Source: Olavius algarvensis Delta 4 endosymbiont (lineage in GTDB: Bacteria; Desulfobacterota; Desulfobacteria; Desulfobacterales; CAJINA01). Taken from it: a stretch of DNA of 64,000 bases. The stretch's first letter is position 1; each line of letters begins with the position of its first letter. The notes beneath the pieces are model-generated. The model was not told the origin of the DNA. It was given only the letters and a program-made list of their open reading frames with translations, and did no database searches. Shown here piece after piece: positions 58,433 through 64,000 of the stretch. Made by a program: the position numbers and the translations under genes. The stretch is taken from NCBI GenBank assembly GCA_905176665.1, contig CAJINA010000259.1:24363-88362 (forward strand), given 5' to 3'.

Positions 58433-61015
58433 TTATAGTTTTTCAATTTTAAGCCGGGTTACGGCATAGTAAGCTGAGCTTCCGCTCAGGGCTTCGTATT
58501 GGGCCGGAATCAAGTCGTTGCTACTGCCTCCACGGGGGGTTTTCCCGAACTCTTCAGAGGCAATTTTTCCATAGGCCCAGTGGCCCTGCCCATAGCACTT
58601 TGCTACCGTACCCGGGCGAACCCCTTCCCAGAGTTTGGCCGTACAGACCAAACTCCCCGTCGGCGAGGAGAGCTTGATCCGGTCTCCATTGGCGAGGCCC
58701 AGCTTGGCGGCATCCAGGGGATTGATTTTGGCCACGTCATCCCAGGTTTCATCACCGGGATCCAGGTCCTTGAAGTCGAAGTACCAGGTGCAGTTGGCTG
58801 ATCGTCCCTCCCTGTTCAGACGAGATTTGTGGTCCACGTGGATGAATGGATACTCCTTTTCATCCCCCAGTATGAAAGGCTCTTCATAATGAGGTACGAA
58901 TGCCATTTCGCCCTTGGCCAGATACTTGGCGGCCTCCAAAACTTCATCGACGGAAACGCCGTGTTTTCCGGCGTGTTTTTCAAGGGCCGCCTGGAGGGTT
59001 TTGCTGTAGAATTCAAACTTGCCAGTTTTGGTCTTCATCTTGCCCCAGCGTTTACGGAAAGGATACGGATTAGAGTTCCACACCCCCACCTTGGCAAACT
59101 CCTTCCAGCCGTTGAACTTATCACCGCCCTTGTATTTGGCCGGGTCCCACAATTTTTGGGTGGCATACTTGAGGGCATAAAGGGCAAACTCTTTTTCGTT
59201 CCTTGGCGCTTTGCCCGTTTCCGGGTCCTTATAGGTTTTATAATGCCGCAACAGGTTGTCAAAGCCGCGCTTGGCCAGTTTTTCGGCAATCAGCCAGGGA
59301 ATCTCAGTCTCGTCGGTTTTGTAATCCCACAGGTTTTTTACGATGGGCTGCATCAGGGTGACATGCCGGTACCCGTTGGCGTGCGCTTTTACATAGCCCC
59401 ACTTTTCGAACATGTGGTGGGTATCCGGCAACACGATATCGGAAAACCAGGAGAACTCCGACGCGTTGGTGGTAATATGGACCAGAAAAGGAATTTTCGA
59501 CAGGGCTCGTTCCCAGCGTTCCGGCTGTGGCGCCGAAAACGAGAAATTGTTCATATAGGCAATGGCCACTTTGATCTCGTTGGGATCGGCATTGAGAATA
59601 CCATCCGCGGCATTGTTGGTAATAACGCCGCTGCCCGGGTTACCTTTTTTCAGGCAGGGGATATGCAGTCACCCGCGTTGATCGATCTTCTCATGTTTCT
59701 TGCCCTTTTTCGCGATTTCGTCCATGAACGGTTTGGGCTTGGGAAACTTGGTCGTATACTCCTTGTTGGCTTTCAACGTGCCGCCAAAATTGTCCGCGGC
59801 TCCGACAATTCCGTTCAAAGCATGCACAGCCATGGCTGCGTACCCGCCGCGGACTTGCATACAGGGCCCGCCGCCCAGCCAGGAGATGCAATGGGGGGCT
59901 GCCTTGCCATAGCCGATCGCCACGCGCCGAATCTGCTCTGCAGGTACTCCGGTTATCGGGGCCGCCCATTCGGGGGTCTTATCTTTCAAGGCCAGATTCC
60001 AGTATTTAACAATACCGTAGGTATGCATTTCCTCGAAGGCATCTTCCGCGACCGTTTCTCCTTTCACGAAAAGATTGACCCCCTCTTTGAAATCGCCCAC
60101 GAATGGTTTGTACCAGAGCCCTTCGGTCAGCAGGACGTGGGTAATCGCCAGCGCCAGGGCGCCGGCCTGGCCGGGTTTGATCGGCAGCCACTCATCGGCT
60201 TTGCCGGCCGAGGCTGACAGCCGGGGTTCGACTATCGCAATGGTGGCCTTGTCCACCACGTCTCCCCAAACCTTTGAATAGTACGAAACCTGGCGGTTGG
60301 CCGCCAACGGGTCGGCCCCCCAAAGGAGAACATAGTGGGCATTGAGCACGTCGTACTGCCGATAGCCCCAAATGCCCTCGGTATAATAAGGACCGAACTT
60401 TTCCGCCTCGGCGCACAATGAGCTGTGGGAAATGTTGTTGGGGGAGCCTATTATTTTGGTCATCCGGTCATACAGAATATCGCGCATGTACGAGTAACGC
60501 CCGCGCATCAACATGTACTTGTGGGTTTCGTTGTTGTTGCGCAGCTCCATAATTTTATCGGCTATGGTATCCAGGGCCTCATCCCAGGAAATGGGCACGA
60601 ACTGCGGATCTTCATTGCGCCCCTTTTTAGGATTGGTACGTTTCATAGGCGTTTTGATACGGTCCGGATCATATAACTGCTGGAGCCCCATATGAGAGCG
60701 CGGGAAGCCCGCCCCCATATTCACCTTCGAATGCGGATTGCCGCGGACTTTTACAGCGCGGCCATCAATGACATACACCTGCTTGGAGCACCAGGACGTA
60801 CACCCCTGGCAGGTGGCCGGGAGCCACTCCCCCAAGTCTCCCGAACCCTTGCCTGAAGCGACCGCCAGGGCGCTCAGTTCCGGTTTTAGTCCCGCTCCCA
60901 TAGCCACGGCAGCTCCGGTAGCTGCAGAGGCCTTGACAAAAGAGCGGCGTGAGAGCTTCACATTCTTCAAAAAACCAGCCATCAGGGTTTTCGGCTTATT
61001 TTTCGTTTTTTTCAT
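58433..61015 (-). CDS. Tat-exported molybdopterin oxidoreductase catalytic subunit (PsrA/PhsA-like) containing one in-frame TGA (selenocysteine or nonsense)
   Basis: The start MKKTKNK at 61015 follows GGAGGAG. The Tat motif is SRRSFVKAS. The N-terminal cluster motif is CQGCTSWC and the putative Mo-ligand region is SHSSLCAEAEK. ORFs 59669..61210 and 58433..59569 share one frame, separated only by TGA at 59669-59671. Confidence 0.8.
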
Positions 61016-61094
61016 CTCTCCTCCATTTTGAAAGTTATGACCGTCAGTTTCGGTATTTTCGGGTGGCGGTGTTTGCTGCCGGACAGCAACAATA

Positions 61095-61505
61095 TCACTT
61101 CCCACCTTGATCTTTATCCGGAGGATCGCGGGTATCGGCCTGATTCTCACGGATGCAGCGAATCCAGTAGACCAGTTCATCGGGATCGACCGGTTTGTTG
61201 ATGCAGGCAAAAATATGGTAGCAAAGGGCTTCTTTGAGCTCCGGATGGAAACGATCCCGGGAAGTGCAGAGAAAGCAGACGTCAGGATAAGCCAGGGTCA
61301 GGCTGCGGATCGCACGATTGCCGATATCCAGGCTGTCGATATCCAGTACAACCGCCATATAGGATGAATCGGCCAGGATCTTCATCATGTCAGCCAGCGT
61401 GTGGCAGGTTCGGCTCCGGTACCCTGCTGATACGATTATATCCGTCAGGAGAGCCGCTTCATCCCGATCCAAACTGGCTATGAGGATACTGGGGTCATTT
61501 TCCAT
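61095..61505 (-). CDS. single-domain receiver-like protein (CheY-like)
   Basis: 136 aa. AVVLDID (phospho-acceptor position), LCTSRD and INKP match receiver landmarks. The N-terminal acidic pair is atypical (SLDRDE). Confidence 0.55.
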   Translation of the reverse strand: MENDPSILIASLDRDEAALLTDIIVSAGYRSRTCHTLADMMKILADSSYMAVVLDIDSLDIGNRAIRSLTLAYPDVCFLCTSRDRFHPELKEALCYHIFACINKPVDPDELVYWIRCIRENQADTRDPPDKDQGGK

Positions 61506-61576
61506 TTATTTCCGGACTGTTGCTTGTACCTTTGTATGATGTGACTTCGAGAACAATGCTCGTCAGGTTTAAGAAT

Positions 61577-61593
61577 CACAAGATGCATGCCAA
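61577..61593 (-). promoter_or_regulatory. candidate sigma-54 (-24/-12) promoter
   Basis: The minus strand reads TTGGCATGCATCTTGTG against the consensus TGGCAC-N5-TTGC. GG is correctly spaced, but -12 is GT rather than GC. The element is about 70 nt upstream of the receiver-like gene start. Confidence 0.4.
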
Positions 61594-61743
61594 ATTTTCA
61601 CCGAGGACGTAGGTTTTTTTCACGACACTCCAGCAAGAGCCATAACGTAACGTTATTAAAGCAATAATCTGCAAACATGAGACATGGAATATTGTGAATC
61701 AGGTAGCATGTAAAAAGAAGGAATTCGAATAGCACCCGAAAAT

Positions 61744-61771
61744 TGTCCGAGATCCGGACAGGACTGTCCGG
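61744..61771. promoter_or_regulatory. overlapping palindromes, candidate enhancer (UAS) for the adjacent sigma-54 activator
   Basis: TGTCCG (61744-61749), 5 nt, CCGGACAG (61754-61761), GA, CTGTCCGG (61764-61771). A further CGGACA half-site lies at 61813-61818. The cluster is about 150-190 nt upstream of the candidate -24/-12 element. Confidence 0.5.
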
Positions 61772-61977
61772 AAGGTGTTAAAAAGTCAAATAATAACAGT
61801 ACTATTAAGAATCGGACACTGCTGCTGCCTGGTTGGTAACGCTCGGGTTAACTGAGTTCTGCGGGCTTCGCGCAGATTAACGAGAAGGAAATGAGTATTG
61901 GCAAGTTAGGTAAGGAATAAGGCTCAGAGGACCCAGCGAGGCATCCCTGAAACTGTCTGCCAAGGTGGCGGTGTTGA

Positions 61978-64000
61978 TTAATGCAGTGTGGGCTTCTTTA
62001 TATCGTATTTTTTTAGTTTTTCATAAAGCGTGCTGCGGCTGATGCCAAGTTGGGCGGCCGCGGCACTCTTATTCCAAGCGCAGGCTGCCAGCGCGTCCTG
62101 GATCAACTGTTCTTCGCTTTCGATCATGGTGAGGGTTGCTCCGGCGGCGGGCTTTCGAATGCCGGTCTCTTGGCCACCCTGGAGTGAAATCGGCAGATCA
62201 CCCGTCTGAATCTTGTTGGTTTTAGCAAGTACAACCGCGTGTTCGATACTGTTTTCCAGTTCGCGTACATTCCCGGGCCAGGAGTGGTCGAGCAGCAGGC
62301 GCATGGCCTCCTCGCTGACGCCGGACATGGGTTTATCACGTTCACGGGCAAAGTGTTTGAGAAAATGGGTGGCTAACAGCGGGATGTCGTTGCAGCGCTC
62401 CCGCAAGGAGGGTATATTTATGGGGATCACATTGAGCCGATAGAAAAGGTCTTCCCGGAAACGGCCGGCCTTGACCTCATCTTCGAGCTTGCGGTTGGTG
62501 GCGGCGAGGATACGCACGTCGACCTTTATGGATTTATCTCCCCCAACGCGCTCAATGGTGTGATTCTGCAGGACCCGCAGAAGCTTGATCTGAGCTGTGG
62601 GTGAGATCTCTCCAATTTCATCTAGAAACACGGTGCCGCCGTTGGCTTGCTCAAAACGCCCGATTTTGTGCCGGGTAGCCCCGGTAAAGACGCCTTTTTC
62701 ATGCCCGAACAATTCACTTTCCAACAGAGTTGCCGGGTAAGCGGAACAGTTGATCACCACGAAAGCGTTTTCACACCTTTCGCTGGCTCTGTGGATGGCC
62801 TTGGCCACCAATTCCTTGCCGGTGCCGCTTTCACCCAGGATTAAAACCGTCGCATCCGTAGGCGCCACATCTTCAATGAGCTGATATACCATCTGCAGTT
62901 TTGGGTCGCGGCCGATAATGTCGCCGTAAGCCGATGATTCTTCAACTCGGGTCCGGAGCGAATGCATAGCCCGTTCCCCAATCAGGGCCCGATTCAGAGC
63001 TCCGGCGGTTTGATTTATCAGCAGCGACACCATGCGCAGTTCATTTCTAACACAATGACAATGATCTGTGCAGCCCACTAACAGGGCGCCAAGTGGCCGA
63101 TTTTCATGGTAGAAAGGAAATAGAGCCACTCTACGGGTAGCCCTCACCTGCTCGGGCAAGGCCAGCTTTGCGACCTGGTCGCCTGCCAGCCACCCGAATT
63201 CGTCGATCTCTGCCACCAGGCCAGCGAATTGCGTATAGGCCTCTGTATAAAATGGCGTAGTTGCACCCAGGGTAATATACATCATTGTGTTACGTTTTTC
63301 GTCCAAAACCACGATCGACATGTTCCGGCACTGCACGATGGAACCCAGGGTTCCGATCATGTAGTCAGCCAATTCGTTTAATGTCGATAAAGCTGCGATA
63401 TGCTGTGAAAAAGTCAAAGAGGCGGAAAGTTGTTTTCGAGCCCGGTCGAGCTCAACGTTCTTGGCTTCGAGCTGTTCCTTCGATTGGTTAATTCTGGTCA
63501 GGTAGTTTTTAACCCGGTCAAGCATGCCATTGAAAGCATCGGTGAGCGCAGCTACTTCTTCACGCCCCTGAATATCCAGTCGCGTATCCACTGATTTCTC
63601 GTCGATGGTTGCAACCGCAATCTTGAGCTGTGTCAGGGGGCGTAAAAGCCTGCTGCTGAGAATATTTGTCAACATCAATGCTATCCCCAGTATGATCAGG
63701 GTCAACATTGCCATGGAAATCCACATCGCAGCGACCTGTTCACGGTAGGGCGCTTCCGCCAGCCCCACCCGGAGTGTACCAGCCCGGCCGCCGAAAATGG
63801 GCAGGGCGACATCAATGAACCGTTCTTTTTTCTCGGAATTGACCTTTACTATTTGACTGTGCTTTTCGGTTGGGTGGGGCAGGTTCAGATCGATGAGAGC
63901 CCTCGGTATGCCGCCTTTAAACGTGTGCGCCACGACCTGACGGTCCCGGTTGACAACGAAAAGATAGGCCACGGTCGCATCGCTGGCAATCTGGTCTTGA
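61978..64000 (-). CDS. sigma-54-dependent transcriptional activator with extracytoplasmic sensor region, TM helix, HAMP, GAF-like, AAA+ and Fis-type HTH domains (N-terminus beyond window edge)
   Basis: AAA+ motifs are [21 protein letters not shown] (a GAFTGA variant) and VFLDEIGE. The C-terminal HTH is [22 protein letters not shown] helix ([23 protein letters not shown]) is followed by a HAMP-like segment. The frame stays open to position 64000. Confidence 0.85.
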   Translation of the reverse strand, partial: QDQIASDATVAYLFVVNRDRQVVAHTFKGGIPRALIDLNLPHPTEKHSQIVKVNSEKKERFIDVALPIFGGRAGTLRVGLAEAPYREQVAAMWISMAMLTLIILGIALMLTNILSSRLLRPLTQLKIAVATIDEKSVDTRLDIQGREEVAALTDAFNGMLDRVKNYLTRINQSKEQLEAKNVELDRARKQLSASLTFSQHIAALSTLNELADYMIGTLGSIVQCRNMSIVVLDEKRNTMMYITLGATTPFYTEAYTQFAGLVAEIDEFGWLAGDQVAKLALPEQVRATRRVALFPFYHENRPLGALLVGCTDHCHCVRNELRMVSLLINQTAGALNRALIGERAMHSLRTRVEESSAYGDIIGRDPKLQMVYQLIEDVAPTDATVLILGESGTGKELVAKAIHRASERCENAFVVINCSAYPATLLESELFGHEKGVFTGATRHKIGRFEQANGGTVFLDEIGEISPTAQIKLLRVLQNHTIERVGGDKSIKVDVRILAATNRKLEDEVKAGRFREDLFYRLNVIPINIPSLRERCNDIPLLATHFLKHFARERDKPMSGVSEEAMRLLLDHSWPGNVRELENSIEHAVVLAKTNKIQTGDLPISLQGGQETGIRKPAAGATLTMIESEEQLIQDALAACAWNKSAAAAQLGISRSTLYEKLKKYDIKKPTLH

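Noticed and set aside
58829-60217. 462-aa plus-strand ORF opposite the PsrA-like gene, bridging the TGA site
   Set aside because: It is antisense to conserved molybdopterin oxidoreductase sequence on both sides. It does not explain the conserved minus-strand frame and has no recognisable domains.

Overview
This 64-kb chromosomal segment has heterogeneous composition. A sample line at 10261-10320 has 44/60 G+C, while 5941-6000 has 21/60. Gene content suggests a Desulfobacterota-type (delta-proteobacterial, anaerobe-like) genome: futalosine menaquinone genes, HdrC/HdrD-like Fe-S proteins, a Psr/NrfD-type molybdoenzyme, a sigma-54 activator and Tat-exported ferredoxins. That taxonomic call is inference from gene content only.

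Most of the window is housekeeping, largely on the minus strand:
- aat-clpA-clpS, secA, an M23 peptidase, folD and argC
- a livKHMGF-type ABC transporter, pyk, holA-like, lgt, lspA and ileS

The accessory or less ordinary parts are:
1. Two envelope-glycosylation modules at the left end (250-9703). One is an AT-rich Arn-like island: GT2, stand-alone formyltransferase, a GT-C-like membrane protein and a DegT aminotransferase.
2. A J-domain protein, a PP2C phosphatase with a degenerate PilZ-like tail, and a small membrane protein (37441-39597).
3. An orphan Tat-ferredoxin plus small membrane anchor (40157-41597).
4. A phnDCEE transporter whose binding protein ends in nine lysines.
5. An ArsR / permease / small thioredoxin-like / CCG-domain Fe-S protein / YnfA block.
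6. The best candidate for an uncharacterised system: a roughly ten-gene minus-strand operon (52085-61505). It encodes a PsrABC-like molybdopterin oxidoreductase with TorD-like, FmdE, MoeA-like, TauE and tandem HdrC-like accessory genes. Upstream are a candidate sigma-54 promoter, TGTCCG/CGGACA palindromes and a membrane-anchored HAMP-GAF sigma-54 activator.

Four otherwise conserved genes carry single lesions: in-frame TGA in the DegT and PsrA-like genes, and 1-nt frameshifts in the permease and the CCG-domain protein. These are either gene decay, base-call errors or, for the PsrA-like gene, possible selenocysteine recoding.

No rRNA, tRNA, CRISPR array or transposase was recognised. All family assignments come from motif recognition by eye. 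No database search or folding program was run.
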